A stretch of 64,000 nt of DNA from Planctomycetota bacterium (GTDB taxonomy: Bacteria > Planctomycetota > Planctomycetia > JALXBF01), in the NCBI GenBank assembly GCA_026991575.1, contig JALXBF010000116.1, forward strand, positions 64,495 to 128,494. Reading direction: 5' to 3'. The notes under the pieces are model-generated. The model was not told the DNA's origin and ran no database searches. It saw nothing but the letters and a program-made list of their open reading frames with translations. Below, in pieces: positions 10,916 to 21,063 of this stretch; within the stretch, counting starts at the first letter, position 1, and the number at the start of each line of letters is the position of its first letter. The translations under genes were made by a program, and so were the position numbers.

Positions 10916-12625
10916 ATGAGTGGAAGAGCCACGTTTGCACGGCTAGTCCTTGCCTTGTGCGGTCCCGTTCTCATCGTGTCCGCCCTGTCCCTGTCGAGTC
11001 CTGCGAAAGACGCCAGGCCACCTCAGTACGCACCGAACGTCGAATGGATCAATCGGCTTGTGCGGGCCAAGTGGGCTGAGGATCCCGAGAACCCGCTGAA
11101 ACCCTCCGAGCCAGCCACCGATGCAGAGTTCGTCCGCCGCATCTACCTGGACATCCTGGGCAGGATCCCGTCCGCCTCCGAAGCGCGCCAGTACATCCTC
11201 AGCAGGGACAAGGACAAGAAAGTCAAGCTGGTCCGACGGCTGCTCTACGAGGAGCCGTACGCGTCTCGCTACGCCAGCTACTGGGCAACCATCTGGAGCG
11301 ATCTGCTTGTGGGCCGCAACCCTGACTCGAGGGACGTGAATAAGGCGGCGCTGACGAAGTGGCTCCGAGACGCCTTTGCCAGCAACCGCCCGTGGAACGA
11401 AATCGTCTATGAGCTCATCACGGCTACGGGCGCCAGCAGCCCGGAAAGTCTGAAAGACGGCGTTCCGTTTAACGGCGCGGTCAACTTCCTACTGGCTCAC
11501 CGGGGCGACCGCGCCACCCGCAACGTCCCCGCCACGTCATTCACGACGCGGTTGTTCCTGGGGGTTCAGGTCCAGTGCACGCAGTGCCACGATCACCCCT
11601 TTAACGATCGCACCCAGAAGGACTTCTGGGGGATCAACGCGTTCTTCCAGCAGATGACCGTCGAACGGGTCACGGACGTGACTGACACCGGCCGCCGAGT
11701 GATCCGGTACGTGATCTTGAAGGACCGCAAGCTCTACTCCGGTGACCCGCTCTTCGTGCTGTACGAACGGCGGAACGGTCTGGTGATTGCTGCCGTGCCC
11801 CGGTTCCTTGATGGCCGGGAGATCCGCGAAGCAACGGAAGGATTGAACCTCCGCGAAGAGCTGGCCAAGTGGATCACCTCCGACGAGAACCCATACTTCG
11901 CCCCGGCCATCGTCAACCGCATGTGGGGGCACTTCCTGGGCAAAGGCATCGTCCACCCGGTGGATGACCTGGGCAAACACAACCCGCCAAGCAATCCGGA
12001 ACTGCTCTACCGCCTGGCGGCGAACTTCAAAGAGGCCGGCTATGATCTGAAGCAACTCATTGAATGGATCACACTCAGTGAGCCGTACGGCCTGAGCAGC
12101 CGAACCAACCGGACGAACGAAAAGGATGACGTGTACTTTAGCCACTATCTGTTGAAGCAGATGTCGCCGGATCAGTTCTTCGAATCGCTGATGGTGGCCT
12201 CCGAGGCATACAAATCGGGCGTCAGTCCCGAGGAGGCGTACCGGATGAAGCAGGAGCTGAAACGGCAGTTCACGGCCGTCTTCGGCAACGACGAGAACAC
12301 GGAAGCGGACACCTTTGCCGGCACGATCCCTCAGGCGCTGCTGATGATGAACGGCCGCCTGATCCAGCGTGCCGTGTCATTGCAGAAGGGAAGCTACCTA
12401 CGACGGTTGATCGACCGCACGCGGCGGAAGTACCGGCGAGGCGCGCCGGCAAGAATCATCGATGAGCTGTACCTGAGTGCGCTGAGCCGGTTCCCGAGCC
12501 GCAAGGAACGGTCTGCTGCGCTGCGAATGGTTTCCCAGTACGCGGCGCGCGGGCAGGAGGACGCTGCTTACCAGGACATCTTCTGGGCGCTGTTGAATTC
12601 GGCGGAATTTGCGTTGATCCATTGA
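10916..12625 (+). CDS. Planctomycete DUF1549/DUF1553 domain protein
   Basis: Signal peptide, EFVRRIYLDILGRIP, FLGVQVQCTQCHDHP (CxxCH), IVNRMWGHFLGKGIVHPVDD, PQALLMMNG, DIFWALLNSAEF. Confidence 0.92.
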   Translation: MSGRATFARLVLALCGPVLIVSALSLSSPAKDARPPQYAPNVEWINRLVRAKWAEDPENPLKPSEPATDAEFVRRIYLDILGRIPSASEARQYILSRDKDKKVKLVRRLLYEEPYASRYASYWATIWSDLLVGRNPDSRDVNKAALTKWLRDAFASNRPWNEIVYELITATGASSPESLKDGVPFNGAVNFLLAHRGDRATRNVPATSFTTRLFLGVQVQCTQCHDHPFNDRTQKDFWGINAFFQQMTVERVTDVTDTGRRVIRYVILKDRKLYSGDPLFVLYERRNGLVIAAVPRFLDGREIREATEGLNLREELAKWITSDENPYFAPAIVNRMWGHFLGKGIVHPVDDLGKHNPPSNPELLYRLAANFKEAGYDLKQLIEWITLSEPYGLSSRTNRTNEKDDVYFSHYLLKQMSPDQFFESLMVASEAYKSGVSPEEAYRMKQELKRQFTAVFGNDENTEADTFAGTIPQALLMMNGRLIQRAVSLQKGSYLRRLIDRTRRKYRRGAPARIIDELYLSALSRFPSRKERSAALRMVSQYAARGQEDAAYQDIFWALLNSAEFALIH

Positions 12626-12691
12626 GCGGGCGGGCACCAGGCAAGACTCGAGCGGCGCCGACACGGGCGCGACCCTGGAGCTGGAGGTACC

Positions 12692-13984
12692 GTGATGCGG
12701 AACGAGCTTCCGAAGCCTGCAGGCATGACCCGGCGGCATTTTCTAGCGCACCTGGCCACGACGTCGCTGGCCATCCCCGCACTGGGCTGGCTGGAGAACA
12801 TGCGAGCCCATGCGGATCAGATCCGCAAGCAGGGCAAGAGCGTGATCTTGCTCTGGATGTCCGGCGGTCCGGCGACGATTGACATGTGGGACATGAAGCC
12901 AGGGGCGGAAACGGGGGGCGAATTCAAGCCGATTTCGACAAGCGTACCGGACATCCATATCTCCGAACACCTGCCCGAAACGGCCAAGATCATGCATCAC
13001 CTGGCGATCATCCGCTCGATGAGTACCGTCGAAGCGGACCACAGCCGGGGTACGTACAAGATGCACACCGGTTACCGGCCGAGCAACTCAATGCAACATC
13101 CGTCGTTCGGAGCGCTGGTGGCTCACCAGCTCGGGCCGAAGGTCGACATCGACTTGCCGCACTTTATTGCCATCAACACCCCTAGCGTCGGACCAGGTTT
13201 CCTGGGCATGGCCTACGCCCCGTTCGTTGTGAACAACCCCGGCTCGCCGATCGCGAACATCAAGCCGCCGGCCGGCATCGACTCGCTACGCCAACGCAAC
13301 CGACTGGGCTACCTGTCGTTCATCGAGCGGGACTTCATCCGTCAGAAGCGTGGCCGGGCGGCCCAGGACCACATGGACGTGTACAAGAAAGCAGTCCGCT
13401 TGATGACTTCCGACCAACTCAAGGCGTTTGACCTCTCGCAGGAGGACGAGCGCACCAAGGAACGGTACGGTGACAACAGCTTCGGCCGGGGCTGCTTGAT
13501 CGCACGCCGTCTGGTTGAAGCTGGTGTGGCGTTCGTCGAGGTTGGCCTCGGTGGGTGGGACACACACAGCAACACGTTTGAGGCCCATCGCACGCGGCTC
13601 CAGCCCACGGTGGACAAGGCGCTATCGGCCCTGGTGACCGATCTGGTGTCGCGTGGCCTGTACGAGAAGACGCTGGTGGTGTGGATGGGTGAGTTTGGTC
13701 GCACCCCGAGGATCAACCAGAATGTGGGCCGTGACCACTATGCTCGTGCCTGGTCCGTGGTGGTCGGCGGCTGCGGCCTGGCTGGTGGCGCTGTGATTGG
13801 CAAGACGAATGCTGACGGCACCGAGGTGGTTGATCGCCCGGTGGATACACCGGATCTGATCGCAACGTTCTGCAAGGCGTTGGGAATCCCAACGGACCTG
13901 AAGTTCATCACGCCCAACGGGCGGCCTTACTGGATCGTGGACCGTAATGCGGGCGCAAGCCCGATTGAGGAACTCTTTAGCTAA
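12692..13984 (+). CDS. DUF1501 domain protein (Tat-type signal)
   Basis: TRRHFL, ILLWMSGGPATIDMWDMKP, GGWDTH, GEFGRTPRIN, GRDH. Typical partner of DUF1549/1553 genes. Confidence 0.93.
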   Translation: MMRNELPKPAGMTRRHFLAHLATTSLAIPALGWLENMRAHADQIRKQGKSVILLWMSGGPATIDMWDMKPGAETGGEFKPISTSVPDIHISEHLPETAKIMHHLAIIRSMSTVEADHSRGTYKMHTGYRPSNSMQHPSFGALVAHQLGPKVDIDLPHFIAINTPSVGPGFLGMAYAPFVVNNPGSPIANIKPPAGIDSLRQRNRLGYLSFIERDFIRQKRGRAAQDHMDVYKKAVRLMTSDQLKAFDLSQEDERTKERYGDNSFGRGCLIARRLVEAGVAFVEVGLGGWDTHSNTFEAHRTRLQPTVDKALSALVTDLVSRGLYEKTLVVWMGEFGRTPRINQNVGRDHYARAWSVVVGGCGLAGGAVIGKTNADGTEVVDRPVDTPDLIATFCKALGIPTDLKFITPNGRPYWIVDRNAGASPIEELFS

Positions 13985-14300
13985 TCTGCTCTGACGAGCG
14001 ATCCGGCCGCGATGCCAGCGCGGGCGCGTACCCGCGACGCGCGGGTATGGGTGTTGTGCGCCGCCCGCCGCGGCGCCCTGTGCGCGTGCTTGCGGATCTG
14101 CGGCATAGCAGCCGATTTGCCGTGCCAGCGCCGGGCGGTTGACCGTGTGCTTAGGAGCGAGGTAGGATGCAAAGGCGTGCGGGGTACCGGCGCTAGCAAC
14201 GTTGAGGGGTGTGGTGCGAGCCGGCGCGTGACCCTACCTGCTTGCCCCGAAAACTACTCCGTCCCCGGGGTCACTCACCCGACAGGAGTGCCTATCGTCG

Positions 14301-15011
14301 ATGTCTCCTGTGATTGTGACACTGCGGGTCGTCGACGGACCTGATCGCGGCATCGTGTTCGATGACCTCAGACCCACCATCAAGATCGGTCGCGAGGAAG
14401 GCAACACGGTCCGCCTGCGCGACGAACGGGCCAGTCGTTTCCACGCCAAGATCCACGAGGACGCCGGCGAAATCCTTATCACCGACCTGGAAAGCACCAA
14501 CGGGACCTGGGTCAACGGCGAGCCGGTCCAGATCGCCCCGCTCAACCCTGGCGACCGCATCATGATCGGCCGCTCCGTGCTGGTTATCGACTACCACCGC
14601 CCGGACGTTCCCGACGAAAAAACGATCGATCAGCAGGCCACGTTCCTTCTTGGCGGTGACGCTACAGACGAGATGCCGGAGGAGATGAGCACACCGGTTC
14701 TGGAACTGATCCAGCAACAGGCCGATGCCACGGCTGCGGCCAAGGACCAGGAACGGACCCCGACCGGCCCGCCTGCGGCACAGCGTGCCAAGCTCCCGCG
14801 TCTGCCCCAAGGTCTCAGTCCCGGTCAAACAGCAGGCCTGGCCCGCATTTTCGACACATTGCACAAGCAGCTAGCGCCTATTCTGTCAGAGGCCCGCGTC
14901 GACCAGGCTACTAAGACCGTCCACCTCAGCCCGCAACAGTGGCAACAAGTCCTTGAGCTAGCGTGGATGCTCAGCACGTACTACCGGCGGCTGGTTGAGC
15001 CCGACACTTAA
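14301..15011 (+). CDS. FHA domain protein
   Basis: IGREEGN, ASRFHA, DLESTNGTWVNG. AGGAG upstream. Confidence 0.9.
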   Translation: MSPVIVTLRVVDGPDRGIVFDDLRPTIKIGREEGNTVRLRDERASRFHAKIHEDAGEILITDLESTNGTWVNGEPVQIAPLNPGDRIMIGRSVLVIDYHRPDVPDEKTIDQQATFLLGGDATDEMPEEMSTPVLELIQQQADATAAAKDQERTPTGPPAAQRAKLPRLPQGLSPGQTAGLARIFDTLHKQLAPILSEARVDQATKTVHLSPQQWQQVLELAWMLSTYYRRLVEPDT

Positions 15012-15070
15012 CGGCCCGCCCAGGGCACCGGCCGCGGGCCTTGGCCTGACAGCTGCGCGCGTTCCGGGTA

Positions 15071-15100
15071 CATTTGTATGGCCACCATTTGTATGGCCAC
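15071..15100. repeat. Perfect 15-bp tandem duplication CATTTGTATGGCCAC x2
   Basis: Seen directly at 15071-15085 and 15086-15100. Confidence 0.9.
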
Positions 15101-16354
15101 CGACGCGTGTTGGCCTGTCCGCACCGACTTGCTGCATGCCAGAGGAAGCTGGTGGCAGGCAACCCGTTCCATGCGCAGATAAACCTGGCCGCCTACGGCT
15201 ACCTGTGCAGTGCGCTGTGGATCGCCCTCTTCTTTAAGTTTGGGCGACCCTTCAGCTTGCGCAATCTTGACGTGATCGCACTGCAGGTTCCCCTGGTCGG
15301 ATTGCTCGCCCTGGCCTGGCATCCTCCGGCCGGCTATGCCGTGCTACTGGCCTGGTGCCTGGGCGTGCTGCTCCGCTGCCTGCTCGACCCGGCGCTGGTC
15401 AGGCGACCGGCTCTGGGAACAAACGCAACGCCCGGTGCGCTGGCGTTCCTGGGAAGCCTCGCAGCACTGGCTACCTTTGTCCAACTGGACCAGGTCCGTC
15501 GTACAAGCATGCCGCGCGTGGCCGTGGCCAGAGGCATACAGCGCGCAGCGGATGCTGATGGCCCGGTGCCGGCAACCGAACCCTTGGCGTTCACCGGCCC
15601 CGTGGTCCTGCCCGTGGACCGACTCGTGCAGCTCGCCCGTGGCTCGACACTGCAGCTTTGGCTCATGCGTTTCGTCGTCACCATGCTTCACGTCCTGGTA
15701 GCACTCGGGCTGGCACAGACTGGAGTTCGGTGGTTCGCGGACCGCACGACGGCCGTTGCCATGGCCACCGCCTACCTGATCACGGCGTTTCCTCTGTGGG
15801 CCGGTCTGAACCTCCATCACGTCCTGCCAGCACTGGGCCTGGTTTGGTGCATTGCCCTATTCGACTGGCCGCTGGCCTCGGCTGGCCTGCTTGGCCTCCT
15901 GTCCATTGTCTGCGACGGCATGCTGCTGCTCGTGCCATTGTGGCTTCCGGTACTGGCGCGGTACGACCGCCGGCAAGCCTGGGCAGGTTGCGCGGTTGGT
16001 ATCCTGATGGGCCTGCTCGTGTGTTGGTTCTTCGGTGCGTCACCGGCGCTGGCCCCGGAGCGAATGCTGGCTGTCTACGTGGGGCGTTTTGAGCTAACCG
16101 CCGAGCAAGGACTCTGGGCTCAATGGCCCGCGGCATTTCGACTACCGGCCCTGGCCATCCATCTCTGTTTCGTCGTCTTGTTCATGGCCTGGCCCCTGCA
16201 CAAGAACCTGGCCGATCTGGTTGCAGCCAGCGCTGCCGTCGTCGCGGGCATACAGTGGTGGTACCCGATCATGGGGGGAACATACGTGACATGGATCGTG
16301 CCGCTCATGATCCTGCTTGTCTTCCGTCCGACGTTGGTCCGGGTCAAAGCCTAG
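15074..16354 (+). CDS. Polytopic membrane protein, possibly GT-C/GT87-like; start uncertain
   Basis: About ten hydrophobic segments, SLRNLDV and QWWYPIMGGTYVTW motifs. Confidence 0.6.
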   Translation: MYGHHLYGHRRVLACPHRLAACQRKLVAGNPFHAQINLAAYGYLCSALWIALFFKFGRPFSLRNLDVIALQVPLVGLLALAWHPPAGYAVLLAWCLGVLLRCLLDPALVRRPALGTNATPGALAFLGSLAALATFVQLDQVRRTSMPRVAVARGIQRAADADGPVPATEPLAFTGPVVLPVDRLVQLARGSTLQLWLMRFVVTMLHVLVALGLAQTGVRWFADRTTAVAMATAYLITAFPLWAGLNLHHVLPALGLVWCIALFDWPLASAGLLGLLSIVCDGMLLLVPLWLPVLARYDRRQAWAGCAVGILMGLLVCWFFGASPALAPERMLAVYVGRFELTAEQGLWAQWPAAFRLPALAIHLCFVVLFMAWPLHKNLADLVAASAAVVAGIQWWYPIMGGTYVTWIVPLMILLVFRPTLVRVKA

Positions 16355-16361
16355 CGTACCC

Positions 16362-17441
16362 TCAGCGAATAACCCGCACACGCCCGCTCCCGGCTTCAAC
16401 ATGCCCAATGGCCCAGGCCGGACAATTGCTTGTGCGTAGGCGTTCGAGGATGCTGTCGGCGTAATATGGCCGCACCACCATCACCATGCCCAGGCCCAGG
16501 TTGAACACTCTCAACATCTCGTCCCACTCGATTGGCCCGAGCCGCTCCAGCCAGGCGAATACGGCGGGCACCGGCCAGCTTCCCCAGCGGAGCACGGCAT
16601 CGACGTTGTGCGGAAGGATTCGCTTCAGGTTGCCAGGGATCCCCCCTCCGGTGATGTGGGCAATGCCACGGATGACTCGTTTGACCCGGTAGTGGGCCAG
16701 CACGTTCAGCACGGGCCGCACGTAGATCCTGGTCGGGCGAAGGAGCTCTTCGGCAACGGTCGTGCCAAGATCCGCCACGAAATCATCTGGCTTCAGACCG
16801 GCGCGGTCAAAGACGACGTGCCGCACGAGGCTGTAGCCGTTGGCGTGCAGCCCGCTGGAGGCCATGCCGAGGATAACATCCCCGGGCCGAATCGCTTCGC
16901 CCGTGACGATCTTGTATTCCTCGACAACCGCCACGCAGAAACCAGCCATGTCGTACAGCCCCTGCGGATAGTGCCCGGGCATGATTGCCGTCTCGCCCCC
17001 CAAGAGGGCGCAGTTCGCTTCCTGGCACCCCGCTGCAATGCCCCTGACGAGCTCTTCCACCAGCGGCGGATCGTCCTTGCCCAGCGCGATGTAGTCCAGG
17101 AAAAACAGGGGCTCACCGCCCATAGCGAGGCAGTCGTTGACGCACATGGCGACTAGGTCGATGCCGACCGTATCGTGCCGGCCTGCTGCCACGGCCACCT
17201 GTAGTTTGGTGCCGACGCCGTCCGTACTGGCCACCAGGACCGGCCGGCGGTACTGGCGTGCAAACAGCGGGGCGCGTTCTTCGAGGCGAAACAGCCCGGC
17301 GAAGCTGTTGACCACTGGCAGCACCCTGGCGGTATGCGTCGTGCGTACCAGTCGCCCGATGCGTTCGATCGCTTCGTCGTACCGGTCCAGGTCGACGCCG
17401 GCGTCCCTGTAGCTGATCGGCTTGTCCGCTGGGTCGTTCAT
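16362..17441 (-). CDS. purM: Phosphoribosylformylglycinamidine cyclo-ligase (AIR synthase)
   Basis: SYRDAGVD, STDGVGTK, DLVAMCVND, GGETAIMP, SSGLHANGYSLVR, HITGGG, VFNLGLGM. Confidence 0.96.
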   Translation of the reverse strand: MNDPADKPISYRDAGVDLDRYDEAIERIGRLVRTTHTARVLPVVNSFAGLFRLEERAPLFARQYRRPVLVASTDGVGTKLQVAVAAGRHDTVGIDLVAMCVNDCLAMGGEPLFFLDYIALGKDDPPLVEELVRGIAAGCQEANCALLGGETAIMPGHYPQGLYDMAGFCVAVVEEYKIVTGEAIRPGDVILGMASSGLHANGYSLVRHVVFDRAGLKPDDFVADLGTTVAEELLRPTRIYVRPVLNVLAHYRVKRVIRGIAHITGGGIPGNLKRILPHNVDAVLRWGSWPVPAVFAWLERLGPIEWDEMLRVFNLGLGMVMVVRPYYADSILERLRTSNCPAWAIGHVEAGSGRVRVIR

Positions 17442-17444
17442 CGG

Positions 17445-19109
17445 TCACTCCATCGTTCGAACGGGAATCGCCTCGTCGCTCAGATAAGCAAGCATCTCAG
17501 GCACCGGTTCGGTCAGCCGTGCGTAGCAGCGCACAATAGCTGCGGCCACTCTCAGGCCGTCCACTGCGGCACTGACGATGCCACCGGCATAACCGGCTCC
17601 TTCGCCGCAAGGGTACAAGCCTTCGATGCCGGGCACGTGCATGGCCTCAGGCAGACGCGGGATCCTTACCGGGGCACTGCCCCGTGCTTCAGGCCCGACC
17701 AGCGTGGCGTCTCGCAGCAGCGCGCCCTTGAGCTGCCGGTCCAACGCAGGAAGCCCTTCATGCAGGGCGCGGAGTACGGGCCCTGGCAAGATCGTGTGCA
17801 GATCGCCGGGCACCACCCCCCGACGATGGCTGGAGGGAATCTGACCGCGACTGGGCCGCCCGGCCAGGAAATCGGCCGCCCACTGGATCGGTGCCAGATA
17901 CTGGCGCTGACCCGCATGATAAGCACGCGATTCACTCAACCGCTGGAAGACCACGCCGGCCAAAGGATCGGACGTTGTGAGTTCTTGCGGGGAAATGGTG
18001 ACCACGAGTCCGCTGTTGGCAAACGGCGAGTCACGCTTCGCATAACTCATTCCGTTCGTGCAGTAAAAGCCAGCTTCCGAAACGCTTGGAATCACATAGC
18101 CGCCCGGACACATGCAGAATGTGTACAGGGCACGGGGGGTCTGTACCTTCAGCTCGTACTCGGCCGGTCCCAACTGCGGATGGCCTGCATGCGGCCCATA
18201 GCAGGCCCGGTTCACCTGCTCCTGGGGCTGCTCGATGCGGGCTCCGAATTGGAACGGCTTTAGCGTAAGCGGGACGCCGCGGCGGAGCAGCATCGCATAG
18301 ACGTCCCGGGCGCTGTGGCCGGTGGCGAGGACCACGACCTCTGCAGGCACCCGTCCCGCGGCCGTGTACACGGCACGGACCCGGCCGTCGGCCAGCTCCA
18401 GATCCTCAACCCGGCAGCCGAACCGGAACTCGGCACCGGCCTGCACGAGACGACGGCGGAGCGCTTTAACCACCGCGGGCAAGCGATTGCTACCCAGGTG
18501 AGGGCGTGCCTCCCAGAGGATTTCCGGGCGGCCCTTGTGGGCTGCCAGGATGCGCAGTGCCACGTGCACTTCCGCCCCGGACCGACGACAGGTCAGTTTC
18601 CCGTCGCTGAACGTGCCGGCACCGCCCTCGCCAAAGAGGTAGTTGGATTCCGGGTCGAGCGGCCCCCCGGCCTCGAACCGCGCCACATCCTTGATCCGCT
18701 CCTGCACCGCTTTGCCCCGCTCTAGAACCAGCGGCGGGTAGCCGCAGGCAGTAAGCAGCCAGGCAGCAAACAGACCAGCAGGGCCCGCGCCCACGACGAC
18801 AGGCCGCCACCGCAACGGACGTTCCCCGGGCACCGGCACCGGCATCTGAGCCGGGCGGTAGGGTGCGACTCCAGGAGGAAGGCGGTCCGAGCGCAGGCGG
18901 GGAGAGTACACCAACTCGGCCTCTACCGTGTAGACAAAGTTGATCTGGCGCGGACGGCGTGCATCAAGGCTGCGACGTAGAATGCGGTACCGTCGAACCG
19001 CAGAACGGGGCACGCGCAGCCGGCGGGCAATCCGCTCAGGCAATTCGGCCTCGCTTGCGCCTAGCGGAAGACGAAGCTGCGCAACCCTGAGTCTGACGGT
19101 CTCGCGCAT
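17445..19109 (-). CDS. Uncharacterised FAD-dependent oxidoreductase (COG2509-like)
   Basis: VVGAGPAGLFAA, FGEGGAGTFSDGKL, ATGHSARD, TFCMCPGG, GEGAGYAGGIVSAAVDG. Confidence 0.88.
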   Translation of the reverse strand: MRETVRLRVAQLRLPLGASEAELPERIARRLRVPRSAVRRYRILRRSLDARRPRQINFVYTVEAELVYSPRLRSDRLPPGVAPYRPAQMPVPVPGERPLRWRPVVVGAGPAGLFAAWLLTACGYPPLVLERGKAVQERIKDVARFEAGGPLDPESNYLFGEGGAGTFSDGKLTCRRSGAEVHVALRILAAHKGRPEILWEARPHLGSNRLPAVVKALRRRLVQAGAEFRFGCRVEDLELADGRVRAVYTAAGRVPAEVVVLATGHSARDVYAMLLRRGVPLTLKPFQFGARIEQPQEQVNRACYGPHAGHPQLGPAEYELKVQTPRALYTFCMCPGGYVIPSVSEAGFYCTNGMSYAKRDSPFANSGLVVTISPQELTTSDPLAGVVFQRLSESRAYHAGQRQYLAPIQWAADFLAGRPSRGQIPSSHRRGVVPGDLHTILPGPVLRALHEGLPALDRQLKGALLRDATLVGPEARGSAPVRIPRLPEAMHVPGIEGLYPCGEGAGYAGGIVSAAVDGLRVAAAIVRCYARLTEPVPEMLAYLSDEAIPVRTME

Positions 19110-19186
19110 GGGAGGGGTCCGATGAGCCGTAAGGAGTGCAAGTCATTCTAAGCCGACTGTGATCCTCGAACGTGAGGCCAGCCGCA

Positions 19187-19579
19187 ATGACCGAAGAGCG
19201 CAAAACGGTAGCCGTCGTTGGCGCCAGCAACGACCGCACGAAGTACGGGAACAAGGCTGTGCGGGCCTACTTGAAGCAGGGATGGCAGGTGTTCCCAATT
19301 AACCCGAAGGAAGACACGATCGAAGGCCTCAAGGCATACCGCTCTGTGCTGGATGTTCCCGTGGAACGCTTGAACCGCATCACCGTGTATGTCCCGCCTC
19401 ACGTAGGCATAAGACTGCTGGAAGAGTTCGCCCGCAAGCCGCACGACGAACTGTACATCAACCCGGGGGCGGAAAGTCCAGAGCTGCTCCAGCGTGCTGA
19501 GCAGCTCGGACTGAAGCCGATCGTTGCCTGCAGCATCCTGGCCGTCGGGGAACACCCCGATCGGCTCGATAACGAGTAG
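19187..19579 (+). CDS. CoA-binding protein (YccU-like)
   Basis: VAVVGASNDRTKYGNKAV, PINP, NPGAES, C-terminal CS. Confidence 0.88.
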   Translation: MTEERKTVAVVGASNDRTKYGNKAVRAYLKQGWQVFPINPKEDTIEGLKAYRSVLDVPVERLNRITVYVPPHVGIRLLEEFARKPHDELYINPGAESPELLQRAEQLGLKPIVACSILAVGEHPDRLDNE

Positions 19580-19707
19580 TAGCGGCCTGCCCCTAGCTGC
19601 CGGCAGATTCTCCAAAGGCTTGCAAGCAGGGGCCTCGGTGCGGGCATGCGCCGCGTGAGCTTGACCAGAGAGTGACGCGGCGACGCCTGTGCCGAACGTC
19701 GCCCGCT

Positions 19708-20997
19708 TCAGATCAGCTTCGTGATGCCGGGCTTGGCCACTGGCCGAATCGGTACCGGGCCCCACTCGTAAGCAGGCGGTTTGAGTTCGTCTTTGGAATT
19801 CCACGCCTGCTCCCAAGTAACAAGCTGGCCGGTGTAGGTGGCCATGCGGCCCATAATCGCCATCATCGTGCTCTTGGTCATGTACTCACCGTTGTTGATC
19901 GGGCTGCCCTCCATGATGCTCTTGACCATTTCGTCGTGCTCGGTCTGGTACATGTTGTTCTTCGGCCCCCGGTACCGCCAGATCCGCCTACCCTTGTACG
20001 TGGCCGTGTGCTTCAGCACGTCAACATGGCCCCTGGTACAGAAGATGTGATCGGACACGTCGTTGTAGCACCCGGAGATCTGACGGCAATACGAGAAGGC
20101 GCGGATGCCGTTGGCGAATTCGAACACGACAGCGTGGTGGTCGTAGATGTTGCCGTACAGCGGGTCGGTACGCACCTGGCGGCCGCCCAGCCCCCACGCT
20201 TTCACGGGGTACTGGTCTCCCATGGCCCAGGCCATCTTGTCGAGGCTATGGATATGCTGTTCCACGATGTGATCGCCCGAGAGCCACTGGAAGTAGAGCC
20301 AGTTGCGGCACTGCCACTCCATGTCGCTCCAGCCCGGCTTCCGCTTCACCGCCCACAGGTAGCCGACGACATAGTTGGTCTGCATGGCGATGATTTCGCC
20401 GAAGTCGCCGTTCAGCACTTTCCGCATCGTCTCCCGCACGCCGTAGTGGTACCGCCAGCACAGTCCCGAGACGATCGCGAGACCTTTTTCCTTGGCCTTC
20501 TGGCAGGTTTCCCATACCGAGCGAACGCCCGGGGCATCGACCGCGATCGGTTTCTCGACGAAGCAGTGGCGTCCGGCAGCAACAGCCGCTTTCAGGTGCT
20601 CTGGCCGGAAATGAGGGGGCGTGCAGAGCAGCACAAGGTCACAACATTCGATGACATGCTTGTACGCGTCGAACCCTACGAAGCACCGGTCCTCGCTGAC
20701 GTCGATCTTCTCCGGGACCTGCTTGCGTAGGATCGCCAGGCTGCGGTCGAGCTTGTCCCGGAACAGGTCGGCCATGGCGTACAGTCGCATGTTGTCTCCG
20801 GCGCGCACCGACTGAGCAGCCGCTCCGGTGCCGCGACCACCACAGCCGATGAGGCCGACTTTGATGATGTCGCTACCAGCAACATGGGCGCTGCGTGCGA
20901 TGTCTACGGAAGCCAGCACGGCGCCGGCCGCAGCGCCAGCCGTCTGCAGAAATGAGCGACGCGTTTGCCGAGTACGTTCTACTTTGCGTGGTGACAT
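19708..20997 (-). CDS. Gfo/Idh/MocA family oxidoreductase with Tat signal
   Basis: TRRSFL, GLIGCGGRGTGAA, TPPHFR, FVEKP, SGDHIVEQHIH. Confidence 0.92.
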   Translation of the reverse strand: MSPRKVERTRQTRRSFLQTAGAAAGAVLASVDIARSAHVAGSDIIKVGLIGCGGRGTGAAAQSVRAGDNMRLYAMADLFRDKLDRSLAILRKQVPEKIDVSEDRCFVGFDAYKHVIECCDLVLLCTPPHFRPEHLKAAVAAGRHCFVEKPIAVDAPGVRSVWETCQKAKEKGLAIVSGLCWRYHYGVRETMRKVLNGDFGEIIAMQTNYVVGYLWAVKRKPGWSDMEWQCRNWLYFQWLSGDHIVEQHIHSLDKMAWAMGDQYPVKAWGLGGRQVRTDPLYGNIYDHHAVVFEFANGIRAFSYCRQISGCYNDVSDHIFCTRGHVDVLKHTATYKGRRIWRYRGPKNNMYQTEHDEMVKSIMEGSPINNGEYMTKSTMMAIMGRMATYTGQLVTWEQAWNSKDELKPPAYEWGPVPIRPVAKPGITKLI

Positions 20998-21063
20998 CGG
21001 TGACTCCTGCTGTTGCTGCGCGTGTCGAGCATCGCGGTAGGCCTCTGCCCGGCACGTTTCGCC

